From positions 1,214-65,213 of the forward strand of contig JBFHIG010000005.1 of assembly GCA_041596615.1 (NCBI GenBank): DNA of 64,000 nt. Direction: 5' to 3'. Under the pieces are notes generated by a model, which was given only the letters and a program-made list of their open reading frames with translations, searched no databases and was not told where the DNA came from. Positions 1-9,607 of this stretch are shown here, in pieces (position 1 is the stretch's first letter; each line of letters starts with the position of its first letter). A program made the translations under genes and the position numbers. Source of the DNA: Candidatus Moraniibacteriota bacterium (GTDB taxonomy: Bacteria; Patescibacteriota; Minisyncoccia; Moranbacterales; DUUL01).

Positions 1-225
1 AAGAACACAAAACAACCACAACAATGAACGTTGCGTATGCAATGAACGAAAATAGATTGTTTTTATTTCTAAATATCTTCACTTACTGTTTTTTCTTTTT
101 TTATTTTTTTCCAAACTAAACTTCAGAGTATGATAAAACGTGTATGGCATTTTGGCTTTATTTTCCTGATGTTTTGTGTTACATTTTTATTTTCTTAATG
201 ATTATTTATATTTTTTTCAATATTT

Positions 226-915
226 CTATTTTTTGATTGCCCAACTAAACACATCCGAAAATGCTCCGAAAAGCAAGTCTACAAGAGAAACTTTCGGCGC
301 TCCAGTATAAAAAGCAAACTCCTTAGAATCTAACTCATTGTTCCATCTATCGTTGGCTTTAATCCTATACGAATAAGCTGATGAATAGTCTAGTCCAGAA
401 AGAACGGCACTATGAGCAAATCCATAACTGTCTTCTTTGATAGTTTCTTTTGAGCTATTTAGATCTTTTCCATAATCAATAACTGAAGTTGCTGGCTTGT
501 TTGTTTTCCAGGAAACAACTAGCTTAACGTCTTCTTGATCTCTTGTTGTTAAAAGCTCGCTTGTAACATCTTCAATTTCAAGGTTCCTGTTCTGTGAATC
601 ATCAATAGGAATTATGGTATCACCTCCAAAAGTTACTTGTTTTATTTGATAATTTTCACTTTTTAAAACAGTCTCCTCATAATCATTGAATTCCGTTTCA
701 TCCCCAAGAACAAGAGTTTTTAGTTCTGTTGGTCTGGAATAACTAGTACCAACTTCCAATTGATTACCATTTACTTCTTGATACCTGTTATAAAAATTTT
801 CTGTAAACGAAATGCCAAGGATTAAAAAAATAAATATAACAAAAATCTCCGTAGTAGCACGAAGTGCTCCACTGAAAAACTTCTTGTTTTCCTTATGTTT
901 TTTTTGAAATGCCAT
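226..915 (-). CDS. membrane-anchored protein with C-terminal FN3-like (purple-acid-phosphatase-N-like) beta-sandwich; function unknown
   Basis: 229-aa ORF. N-terminal hydrophobic anchor TTEIFVIFIFLILGISF. C-terminal pattern VSWKTNKPATSVIDYG...HSAVLSGLDYSSAYSYRIKA resembles FN3/PAP-N domains. Confidence 0.5.
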   Translation of the reverse strand: MAFQKKHKENKKFFSGALRATTEIFVIFIFLILGISFTENFYNRYQEVNGNQLEVGTSYSRPTELKTLVLGDETEFNDYEETVLKSENYQIKQVTFGGDTIIPIDDSQNRNLEIEDVTSELLTTRDQEDVKLVVSWKTNKPATSVIDYGKDLNSSKETIKEDSYGFAHSAVLSGLDYSSAYSYRIKANDRWNNELDSKEFAFYTGAPKVSLVDLLFGAFSDVFSWAIKK

Positions 916-1054
916 ACAAAAAAATTGGTATCTTTAACTTGAACTTAGTATAGCATTTTTTTATTTTCCAAGCAACACTTTTTTAGATACACATAAAGCG
1001 CATTATACAAATAAAATAGCTTAAACATGGAACCAAAAAACAACAAAGACAACA

Positions 1055-1092
1055 AACAAAAAAGTCTCTCAAGACAAAATTCTTTGAGAGAC
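1055..1092 (-). terminator. intrinsic terminator downstream of rpoD
   Basis: 9-bp stem gtctctcaa (1064-1072) / ttgagagac (1084-1092). On the minus strand it is followed by a T-run (complement of the A-run at 1055-1063), directly after the rpoD stop at 1136. Confidence 0.6.
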
Positions 1093-1135
1093 TAAAACCT
1101 TAAAGTTGTCAAATTTTTTACCACTAAGTAATAGA

Positions 1136-2383
1136 CTAGTAATCTCTAAGCTTTTGGATTCCTTTTTGTTCTCTAATTTTTTCCAATGCCTTTGCTTCAA
1201 TCTGACGAATTCTTTCTCGCGTAACACCAAATTCTTGTCCCACCTCCTCCAAAGTATGCGTGACACCGTCTTCCAATCCAAAGCGAATTTGTAAAATTTT
1301 CTGTTCTCTCGGGGTAAGATCCTCCAAGACTTCGTTTATATGATTTCTCAACAAAGTTCTGGCTGCTTCTTGATGAGGCATAATCGATTCAGTATCCTCT
1401 ATAAAATCTCCCAAAACACTTTCATTATCACCATTTCCAACCGATGATTCCAATGAAACTGTATCTTGAGAAATTTTCATAATATGCCGGACTTTGTCAA
1501 CTTCAATATCCATCTCAGTTGCAATTTCTTCTGATAAAGGCTCCCTCCCCAATTCCTGAACAAGCCTTCTTACAACCTGAATATATTTATTTATTGTCTC
1601 CACCATATGTACTGGGATTCTGATTGTTCTAGACTGATCAGCAATTGCACGTGTAATTGCCTGCCTAATCCACCAAGTCGCATACGTTGAAAATTTATAT
1701 CCTCGCCGATAATCAAATTTCTCAACAGCGCGGAAAAGACCTATATTCCCCTCTTGAATCAAATCCAAAAGAGAAAGATTATGACTTCTTCCTACGTACT
1801 TTTTGGCAATTGAAACAACCAAACGAAGATTCGCTTCTGTTAATCTTTTTTTAGCTGATTGATCTCCTTTTTCAATTCTCTTAGCAAGTGAAACCTCTTC
1901 ATCGGCACTTAAAAGAGCAACTCTTCCAATCTCTCTTAGATACATCTGCACTGAATCAGAAGAATTGCTTTGCGCCATTTGTCTTTGCTGGGCCTCCGTT
2001 TTTTTCTTCTTCTTTTTTGGATCTTCTTCAGTTTCCCGTTCAATTTCGGATTTTATAATATCTTCAGACGTTATAAGTTTTATCCCTAAGTCTTCAAGCT
2101 TATCATAAATCTCTTCCAGACCCTCTAGGTTCTCCTCAACACTGCCCATTGAATGCAAAATCTCATCTTCTGTGATAAAGCCTCTTTGCCTACCCCTTTC
2201 AATTAAAACCTCTACTTCGCTTAGGTCTTTATTTGCATTCCTCATTTTTTGAGGCAATTTTTTCAAAGGAGCTCTTTTCGCTTCCATTGCCTTTCTTTCT
2301 TTTGCTGACCTAGGCACCTTTTTTATTGGTTTTTTCACTATTTTTACTGCTGCTTCTTCAGCACCCTTGACGCTTTTTGTCAT
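1136..2383 (-). CDS. rpoD: RNA polymerase primary sigma factor (sigma-70 family)
   Basis: 415 aa. Region 1.2/2 motifs [27 protein letters not shown] and [53 protein letters not shown]. Region 4 [23 protein letters not shown]. Sits downstream of dnaG as in the classical operon. Confidence 0.95.
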   Translation of the reverse strand: MTKSVKGAEEAAVKIVKKPIKKVPRSAKERKAMEAKRAPLKKLPQKMRNANKDLSEVEVLIERGRQRGFITEDEILHSMGSVEENLEGLEEIYDKLEDLGIKLITSEDIIKSEIERETEEDPKKKKKKTEAQQRQMAQSNSSDSVQMYLREIGRVALLSADEEVSLAKRIEKGDQSAKKRLTEANLRLVVSIAKKYVGRSHNLSLLDLIQEGNIGLFRAVEKFDYRRGYKFSTYATWWIRQAITRAIADQSRTIRIPVHMVETINKYIQVVRRLVQELGREPLSEEIATEMDIEVDKVRHIMKISQDTVSLESSVGNGDNESVLGDFIEDTESIMPHQEAARTLLRNHINEVLEDLTPREQKILQIRFGLEDGVTHTLEEVGQEFGVTRERIRQIEAKALEKIREQKGIQKLRDY

Positions 2384-2454
2384 ATAACTATGGAAGTTAA
2401 AAGTAAATAAAATACAAAGAAAAAATTCTTAATAACTGCTTTTTAAGTTTAAGC

Positions 2455-4236
2455 TTAAAAGCCTTTCAATTCCTGTTTTCTTTTCGCTAAAGTTGTCCAT
2501 TCTTGTTGTAAAATTTCAGCACTTTCATCGTCATCTAAATCTTCTGCTTTTTGAATATCTTTTTTTATAAGATTCATCTTCCTGTCAATTGATTCTATTT
2601 CAAGACCAGCAACTATATTCATCCACTCCCGTTTCGAATCGATATCATTCTCAATAAACCCCTGAACTCTATCATGACTATATTTAATACGCAAAATAAG
2701 CTTATTTAATTTCTGAGCCAACTCCTCATCAATGTTTTTTTGAATAATTTTTTGAAAAATCATCTTCCCTTCTTCACTTAAAAGGTCGAGATTAAAATTA
2801 CTTGCCGCCTCAAATAGTTCTGCTGTAAATAAAGCAAGCAAACCCAGAAGCCTTTCCTCTAAGACAACTTTTTTAGGTCTATTAATTTTTTCAGTCCTTT
2901 CTTTCTGTGCTAATTGTTCAATCCTAGCAGGATTAACAATATCTTTTTTAAGAGTAACCTTTTCTAAAACATTAGTCAACACTTCTTCCTCAATGTCAAT
3001 TTTGGATGACAACTTTTTAATCCAATAACTCTGTTCAATTGGGTCTGCTATATCTTTAATTATATTTAGGAGTTCTTTGGCAATCATTTTCTTACCCCGA
3101 ACATCCTGCTTATTATTCCTCCCTAAAGAATTTTTAAAAAAATATTTCATCACAGGAACTGTTTTTTGAGAAAGTTTTTGCCAAATTTTAGCATCCTCCA
3201 AAACCAAGTCACCAACATCCTTCATTCCCTTTGGCAATAAAATAACCTCCACTTCCATCCCCTCCTGCAAACAAATCTGTATACTCTTTTCTGTCGCTTT
3301 TTGACCTGCTTCATCTGCATCTAAGCACAGCTTAACGTTTTGTGTAAATCTTTTCAACATCCTGACTTGCTCAATTGATAATGCTGTTCCGGAGATTGCA
3401 ACAACGTTCTTTATTCCAGCATAATGCGATGCTATTACGTCCATATTTCCCTCAACTATAAAAACTGCGTCCTTTTTACGTATCTCATTTTTTGCCTGGT
3501 AAAGACCATATAAAACACGACTCTTATCATAAATAATGGACTGTGGCGTATTTATATATTTTGCATTATTTTCGTTGTCACCCGGCACAACTCTAGCAGA
3601 ATATCCAACAACAGCTCCCGTTTCATTGATAACAGGAAACATTATTCTATTGCGAAACCGGTCATAATCTTCACCTCCTTCTTTTGGAATAGACAAGCCG
3701 GTTTCAGCAATCTCAGTGACCGAATAGCCCTTATTTCTTAAATAAGTAATCATTTTCCGCCATTCGTTTGGGGCATAACCCAGATTAAAATCAGAAATCA
3801 ACTGCTTGTCGATTTTTCTATCTTCAAGATATTCTCTAATTTGCCTTCCAATTTCCGGATGTTTCAAGTATTTTGAATAAACTTGAACAGAAATCTCTAA
3901 AATCTCAGCCGCTTTTTGTTTTTTGGTTCGATTTTCAATGCTGGTCTTGCTTTGAAACTTGGGCAATTCAACATTTGTTTTCTCGGCCAAACGAATAAGT
4001 GCCTCGCGAAAATCTAAACCTTCAATTTCCATTAAAAAAGAGAATATATCACCACCTCTTTGACATCCAAAACAATACCAGAAATTCCTCTCTGCGTTAA
4101 CCATAAAAGAGGGGGTCCTCTCATTATGAAAAGGACAGAGTGCTTTATGATTAACACCTGCTTTTTCTAACTTCACATATTCGCCAACCAATTCAGCGAC
4201 TGTGAGCCCTTCTTTTATTTTCTCTTTTGCATCCAT
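2455..4236 (-). CDS. dnaG: DNA primase
   Basis: 593 aa. Zinc-ribbon CPFHNERTPSFMVNAERNFWYCFGCQRGGDIFSFLM. TOPRIM region VFIVEGNMDVIASHYAGI...CLDADEAGQKA. Confidence 0.95.
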   Translation of the reverse strand: MDAKEKIKEGLTVAELVGEYVKLEKAGVNHKALCPFHNERTPSFMVNAERNFWYCFGCQRGGDIFSFLMEIEGLDFREALIRLAEKTNVELPKFQSKTSIENRTKKQKAAEILEISVQVYSKYLKHPEIGRQIREYLEDRKIDKQLISDFNLGYAPNEWRKMITYLRNKGYSVTEIAETGLSIPKEGGEDYDRFRNRIMFPVINETGAVVGYSARVVPGDNENNAKYINTPQSIIYDKSRVLYGLYQAKNEIRKKDAVFIVEGNMDVIASHYAGIKNVVAISGTALSIEQVRMLKRFTQNVKLCLDADEAGQKATEKSIQICLQEGMEVEVILLPKGMKDVGDLVLEDAKIWQKLSQKTVPVMKYFFKNSLGRNNKQDVRGKKMIAKELLNIIKDIADPIEQSYWIKKLSSKIDIEEEVLTNVLEKVTLKKDIVNPARIEQLAQKERTEKINRPKKVVLEERLLGLLALFTAELFEAASNFNLDLLSEEGKMIFQKIIQKNIDEELAQKLNKLILRIKYSHDRVQGFIENDIDSKREWMNIVAGLEIESIDRKMNLIKKDIQKAEDLDDDESAEILQQEWTTLAKRKQELKGF

Positions 4237-4313
4237 TTTTTATTCTCTTTTGCGCTATTTACTTGTCACTTGTAAAATACACTAAAGAGATTTTTTTTTC
4301 AACAGTCAAATTT

Positions 4314-5402
4314 CTATTCACTCAAAACAGAATCCATGCATCTTACAAGATTCTCCATATCAAGAACAGAAATTGCGGGAAAATTGGCGATTCTAATTGT
4401 AGTTTCCTTAAGATCGCCATATCCTTTTCCCAATAAAAAACCTTTTTCTCTACATTCTTTGTGCAACTTCATTATAGTGTCCTTACTTGATTCTATACAA
4501 AAAACAGTATTGGAGCGATTTAATAAATCTTTCACAAAAAAATTAACAGACTCATTATTCTCAACAAATTTGGTAAATATCTCTTCTTTTTGTTTCATTT
4601 CTTCCTGAATCCTCTCCATACCACCATTTTCTAAATTACGAGAAAAAATCTTCGAAAGCAGAAAGATTCCCAAAACATTAGGAGTTGAAAATGTTTGATA
4701 TTTATCAATCATTTTAGCCCTAAGTCTTTCAAAAGTGAAAATACCGGCTCTACTCTTATTCCTTAAATCCAACTCATTAGACTTTTCCACAGCTCTTGGG
4801 GATAGAACCAAAATCCCTAGACCCGATGGGAGCCCTAAACATTTTTGCACAGAGAATAGCCAAATATCAGCAAGTGCAAAATCAAATTGAATCGCACCTG
4901 CAGACGATGTTATGTCAATAGCCAAAATTGAATCAGGGTTCTTCTCTCTCACGAAAGCGATTTCTTTTAACTGGCACATAACACCGGCACTGGTTTCGTT
5001 GTGAGTGATAGAAATAAAATCAATTTCTTTGTCAATTTCTACAGAGGGGAAATCATTTAATTCTCCCTCATTTACTTCGTCCAAAAAAACCTTTTTACCA
5101 TTGGCCTTTGAAATTTCTGAAAATAATTTGGAAAAATTTCCATTCACAAAATGAAATGCTTTTTCATCGCAACAGTTTTGAACCGCTAATTGCATAGATT
5201 CAGTTGCTGAAGATGTAAAAATAATTTCATAATCCTTTGGTATTCCCAAAAAACTCTTCATACCTCTAACAGTTTTTTCGGAAATTTTAGTGAAATCTTC
5301 CGATCTATGCGATATTTCCAAAATACCTTCAGAAAGAGCTTCCTTAATATCCTTTTTCACTTCATCTGAAATTCTCGACGGTCCGACATTAAATGTTATC
5401 AT
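4314..5402 (-). CDS. serC: phosphoserine aminotransferase (class V aminotransferase)
   Basis: 362 aa. N-terminus ITFNVGPSRISDEV. PLP-lysine context FSVQKCLGLPSGLG. Directly downstream of serA. Confidence 0.75.
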   Translation of the reverse strand: MITFNVGPSRISDEVKKDIKEALSEGILEISHRSEDFTKISEKTVRGMKSFLGIPKDYEIIFTSSATESMQLAVQNCCDEKAFHFVNGNFSKLFSEISKANGKKVFLDEVNEGELNDFPSVEIDKEIDFISITHNETSAGVMCQLKEIAFVREKNPDSILAIDITSSAGAIQFDFALADIWLFSVQKCLGLPSGLGILVLSPRAVEKSNELDLRNKSRAGIFTFERLRAKMIDKYQTFSTPNVLGIFLLSKIFSRNLENGGMERIQEEMKQKEEIFTKFVENNESVNFFVKDLLNRSNTVFCIESSKDTIMKLHKECREKGFLLGKGYGDLKETTIRIANFPAISVLDMENLVRCMDSVLSE

Positions 5403-5418
5403 ATTGTAAATGCTATTT

Positions 5419-6648
5419 TTAATATAATTTTCTTGCCCTGATTGTATTAGGTATTGCGTTTAACTCCTCCATAATAGAGCTTTCTATTTTATCAGCATCT
5501 ATACCAATAACAACATACCCAACATCTGAATCTGTTTGGAGATATTGTTCTGCGATATTTAAATTGTTTGAAGAGAATACTTTTATGATATCCTCCATAA
5601 CTCCTGGAACATTTTTATGAATATGTAGAAATCTACATCTTTGAGAATTTGGAGGAAGCTGAACTCTAGGAAAATTCACAGCACTGGTGGTTGTTCCTAT
5701 GTCACTATAATCAGCAAGTTTCTCAGCAACTTCAAACGCGATATTTTGTTGAGCCTCTTGTGTACTTCCTCCAACATGAGGCGTGATCAAAACATTCTCA
5801 AATGCTCTTAATTCTGAATGAAATTCCTCTTCTTTGGAGGCTGGTTCTGTTGGAAAAACATCGATCGCAGCTCCCAAGATATCACCTTTCTCCAGGGCTT
5901 TTTTCAACTCATCAATGACAATGACATTTCCGCGAGATGCATTTATTAAATAAGAACCTTTTTTCATCTCTGCGACTTCGTTCTGACCAATCATCTCTCT
6001 TGTTAGATCAGTCCCCGGAACGTGCAATGTTACAACATCAGAGATATTCAAAAGCTCTTTCAACGATGAGCACATTTTGGCATTTCCAATAGAAAGCTTG
6101 TTTTCTATATCGTAATAATAAACTTTCATTCCCATGGCTTCTGCTAGAATTGAAACCTGTGATCCAATATGCCCATACCCCACTATTCCAATCGATTTCC
6201 CTCTAATCTCAAAAGAATTTTCTGCACTCTTAAGCCACCCCCCTCTATGAGCTAACGCATTTTTCTCTGGAATTCCCCTCATCAAAAAAACTGATTCAGC
6301 GATTACCAACTCTGCAACACTCCTTGTATTCGAATAGGGAGCGTTAAATACTGGGATGCCGAGTTTTTTTGCCACGTTCAAATCAACTTGATTAGTTCCA
6401 ATACAAAAATTCCCAATCGCAATAAGCTTTTTTGCGCTTTTAAGAACTTTTTCGGTCAACTGAGTTCTTGAGCGAATTCCAATCAAATGAGTATTTTCTA
6501 TCTCCGCCAGAAGTTCTTTCTCTTCTAAAGCCTTTTTGTAATATTTGATGTTCTCATACCCCCTCCCACGAAAATATTCAACTGCATTTTCATGAACCCC
6601 TTCGAGTAATAAAATCTTTATTTTTTCACGCCTAAGTGATAGTGTCAT
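5419..6648 (-). CDS. serA: D-3-phosphoglycerate dehydrogenase (ACT-domain type)
   Basis: The ORF runs to 6678, but M11 (MTLSLRREKIKILLLEG) gives a 410-aa product. Motifs FCIGTNQVDL, GIPVFNAPYSNTRSVAELV, GIVGYGHIGSQ, INASRGNVIVIDEL, TPHVGGSTQEAQ. C-terminal ACT region ends IRARKLY. Confidence 0.9.
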   Translation of the reverse strand: MTLSLRREKIKILLLEGVHENAVEYFRGRGYENIKYYKKALEEKELLAEIENTHLIGIRSRTQLTEKVLKSAKKLIAIGNFCIGTNQVDLNVAKKLGIPVFNAPYSNTRSVAELVIAESVFLMRGIPEKNALAHRGGWLKSAENSFEIRGKSIGIVGYGHIGSQVSILAEAMGMKVYYYDIENKLSIGNAKMCSSLKELLNISDVVTLHVPGTDLTREMIGQNEVAEMKKGSYLINASRGNVIVIDELKKALEKGDILGAAIDVFPTEPASKEEEFHSELRAFENVLITPHVGGSTQEAQQNIAFEVAEKLADYSDIGTTTSAVNFPRVQLPPNSQRCRFLHIHKNVPGVMEDIIKVFSSNNLNIAEQYLQTDSDVGYVVIGIDADKIESSIMEELNAIPNTIRARKLY

Positions 6649-6749
6649 ATTGTTATATATTTTTTGTTTAAGCACCAATTATTGCTATAATATTACACTT
6701 GTCTTATTGAAATATCAAATCCAAAAAGCTTTCTTCTCTACCAAAAAGA

Positions 6750-8525
6750 CTAATTGACCGCTCCCATTCTTTGCAACTCCAACAATCTTGAATATATCCC
6801 ACTTTTTTGCGAAGAAAGCTCCCTGTGATTACCTTTCTCAACTATTTTACCATTTTCAAGAACTATTATTTTATCAGCCTTCCTGATTGTACTTAGACGA
6901 TGTGCAATTATGATAACTGTTCTACCTTCGCTTATCCTATCAATTGAGTCTTGAATTAGTTTTTCACTTTCAGAATCCAAACTGCTTGTCGCCTCATCAA
7001 AAATTAAAATCTTTGGGTTCGCCAAAATTGCTCTTGCAATTCCAATTCTCTGCCTTTGACCGCCTGATAGTTTAACCCCTCTCTCACCTACCTGGGTATT
7101 ATATTTTTCAGATAACTTATTTATAAACTCATCTGCATTTGCAATCTTTGCAGCTCTTTTGATTTCAGCAAGACCAGCTTTAGGATTTGCATATGCGATA
7201 TTCGCTTTTATGTTTGTGCTAAAAATCTCAACTTCTTGAGGAACAATCGAGATAAATTTTCTAAATGAAAATAAATCGAAATCACGAAGATCTGTTCCAT
7301 CTATTTTTACACTGCCCTTCTGCGGATCATAGTGTCTATAAATCATTCTAGCAAAAGTTGTTTTTCCCCCTCCAGAAGGGCCCACAAGAGCAACCACAGT
7401 ACTAGGAGCAATATTAACGCTTACGTTAAACAGCGCGGAGTCTTTTGCGTCTTGATATCTAAAGGAAACATTTTCAAAAGAAATTTTTCCCTTAAAATTA
7501 TCAGGCTTTACACCATTTTTTTTATTTTTGATTTCAGATTTTTCATTCAACAATTTCAAATATCTCTCCACAGCAATCATGCCTTCTTCGACACTATCAT
7601 AAAACCTGGAAAGTCTGTAGAGGTTGTTGTAAGCTTCGTTAGAAATCATAAAGATAAAAATCAGAGTACCAACACTAATCGATTCATCCAAGACTAAAAA
7701 AATACCTATCAACAGGGTAGATAGTTTTCCTAAATCACTTATCGTTTGGCGCAATAATCCGGACTTTAAAATTTTCTTCCACTCCTTTATTAATAACTCT
7801 TCAATCTTTTTTCTGATTTTTGCAACCTGTGAAACTTCTGCCTTTTCTCTAGTAAAGGACTTTACTGTGTTGATATTAACGATTGATTGGGTCATTATTC
7901 CAGCTGCTTCTTCATATTTTTTGTATCTTTCTTTTCGCACTGGTCTAACAGATTTATTCATACTATAAGCAAACCAAACGAAAATTGGCACAAAAATGAT
8001 AAAAGAGAGACCTAAACGATAATCAAACCAAAAAAGAATCCCACAAACAATCACAATTTTTATCAAGACTGGCGAGACCTCCCAATAAATACTTGTGAAT
8101 AAGTCTAGTATTTTAGAGACTCCTTTGTCTATTTTGATTATTTTGTTGCCCGTATCTTCTTTTTCATGGTACGACAAAGAGAGTGAAACCATTTTCTTTT
8201 GCGCATTAACAGAGAATTCACGCTCTGCGCTAGAAAATATTTTAAAGTACAAACTATCTTTCAGATAAACAATTACGCTCGACAAACGTCGAAAAGCGAA
8301 CAACCCAAGCGCAGCTCCAATAACCCACCAAACCGCATCGCTGTTGAAATTGCTCAGCTTATCTATAACAATTTTAATCAAAAATGGATCCAAAAGATTC
8401 ACCAATTCTATCAAGAGAATAAGCAAGAAGCCTTTTTTGATTGATTTTTTATAGTTTTCAAATAAACCCCAAAAATTAAACCAAAAAACTCTAAATTTTT
8501 TAGTCTCTAACTGTTTTTTCTTCAC
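6750..8525 (-). CDS. ABC transporter, fused permease/ATPase (MsbA/multidrug-exporter type)
   Basis: 591 aa. Six predicted TM helices at the N-terminus. Walker A GPSGGGKTT, signature LSGGQRQRIGIARA, Walker B ILIFDEATSSLD. Confidence 0.85.
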   Translation of the reverse strand: MKKKQLETKKFRVFWFNFWGLFENYKKSIKKGFLLILLIELVNLLDPFLIKIVIDKLSNFNSDAVWWVIGAALGLFAFRRLSSVIVYLKDSLYFKIFSSAEREFSVNAQKKMVSLSLSYHEKEDTGNKIIKIDKGVSKILDLFTSIYWEVSPVLIKIVIVCGILFWFDYRLGLSFIIFVPIFVWFAYSMNKSVRPVRKERYKKYEEAAGIMTQSIVNINTVKSFTREKAEVSQVAKIRKKIEELLIKEWKKILKSGLLRQTISDLGKLSTLLIGIFLVLDESISVGTLIFIFMISNEAYNNLYRLSRFYDSVEEGMIAVERYLKLLNEKSEIKNKKNGVKPDNFKGKISFENVSFRYQDAKDSALFNVSVNIAPSTVVALVGPSGGGKTTFARMIYRHYDPQKGSVKIDGTDLRDFDLFSFRKFISIVPQEVEIFSTNIKANIAYANPKAGLAEIKRAAKIANADEFINKLSEKYNTQVGERGVKLSGGQRQRIGIARAILANPKILIFDEATSSLDSESEKLIQDSIDRISEGRTVIIIAHRLSTIRKADKIIVLENGKIVEKGNHRELSSQKSGIYSRLLELQRMGAVN

Positions 8526-8551
8526 CTATTTTGTAGTTTCAAATATTTGTT

Positions 8552-9148
8552 TTATTCACCAAACCTTTCTGTCGCAATAGCAACAAGCTCTTCATATTCA
8601 TCAACAATGTTACTCTTTAGGTTTTTTTTAAAAACTTTCAGAAGTTCGTTATGAAACCACATTGTGCTAGTTGATTTTGGCTTTGGGGCATTGAAAGTTT
8701 TCCACATATTTTCACCCTCAGCTTCATAAGCCTCTATAAAAGCTTGTAAATTATGTATTTTATCAGCACAAGCAACCAACAACACATTTTGATTTGTTGA
8801 ACGCTTTAGGCTCTCAATGTATTTAGTCTTTCTATACATCCAAGTTCTTTTCGCCTTCTCATCGCTATCAGAAGGCTTTTTGTCTTCGGTTACATAAAGA
8901 ACAATATTTGTAACCTTATTTCCAAAATCCTTTCTTAAGTCACTAACCTCATACCCTTCAACATCCTCAAGGGTATCATGCATAAACCCTGCTACAATCA
9001 CATCTTCATCCTCTGTGTAATTTGATAAAATAGCACCCACGCTATATGGATGAACAATATACGGCAACCTACCGGTTTTTCGCATTTGTTTATTGTGTAA
9101 TTTAGCAGAGGTATCAATAGCTTTTTGAATTTCTGGTGTTAGTTTCAT
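8552..9148 (-). CDS. HD-domain protein, RelA/SpoT-type (p)ppGpp hydrolase-like (small alarmone hydrolase candidate)
   Basis: 198 aa. AKLHNKQMRKTGRLPYIVHPYSVGAIL...AGFMHDTLEDV...FGNKVTNIVLYVTE matches the HD_4 hydrolase pattern. No synthetase domain. Confidence 0.7.
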   Translation of the reverse strand: MKLTPEIQKAIDTSAKLHNKQMRKTGRLPYIVHPYSVGAILSNYTEDEDVIVAGFMHDTLEDVEGYEVSDLRKDFGNKVTNIVLYVTEDKKPSDSDEKAKRTWMYRKTKYIESLKRSTNQNVLLVACADKIHNLQAFIEAYEAEGENMWKTFNAPKPKSTSTMWFHNELLKVFKKNLKSNIVDEYEELVAIATERFGE

Positions 9149-9426
9149 TTCGTTTTTTATTTATTTATGAATTTCCGTTATTTGACTCGGCAACGTTTAT
9201 ATGTATCCACTTTTAATTATAATCTACAACAAAAAACAAAGCAAAGGGCCACAAAAATACTAATAAAAAAGATTCCGTTTCACACGCAAGCATTTGATGT
9301 GATATATTTTGCGGAATTTAAAATAAATAGCTCTAACAAGGGGTGGTGTTTTCTGCACAGTTCAGACTCCGAAGTTAAGTTGATTGCAATTTAACATGAC
9401 GGGGCTCTGAATTATACATCTCGAAG

Positions 9427-9513
9427 CGGAGAGGGGGGGATTTGAACCCCCGAAGGCTTTTACACCTTACTTGCTTTCCAAGCAAGCGCACTAGGCCACT
9501 ATGCGACCTCTCC
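9427..9513 (-). tRNA. tRNA-Ser (anticodon GGA), long variable arm
   Basis: The reverse complement reads GGAGAGG-TC-GCATAGTGG...CTTGC-TTGGAAA-GCAAG...GGGGG-TTCAAAT-CCCCC-CCTCTCC-G. Cloverleaf has a 7-bp acceptor stem, a 7-nt anticodon loop with GGA, and a long extra arm. No encoded CCA. Confidence 0.9.
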
Positions 9514-9607
9514 AAAATAATAGAAACAGGTTCTCAAAAAACCTGTTTCCACTCTACACTACTTTGCCCTATTTTATCAAGTAGCTAAAAATAAAAAATA
9601 CTAAACA

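Noticed and set aside
1083-1097. The 15-mer tttgagagactaaaa is identical at 1083-1097 and 62117-62131
   Set aside because: A few exact 15-mer coincidences are expected in 64 kb of AT-rich sequence on two strands. The second copy lacks the complementary arm that makes the first a terminator.
9167-9394. 75-aa plus-strand ORF between the HD hydrolase gene and tRNA-Ser(GGA)
   Set aside because: AT-rich spacer, implausible composition, and no start context. It is most likely promoter or leader DNA for the minus-strand genes.
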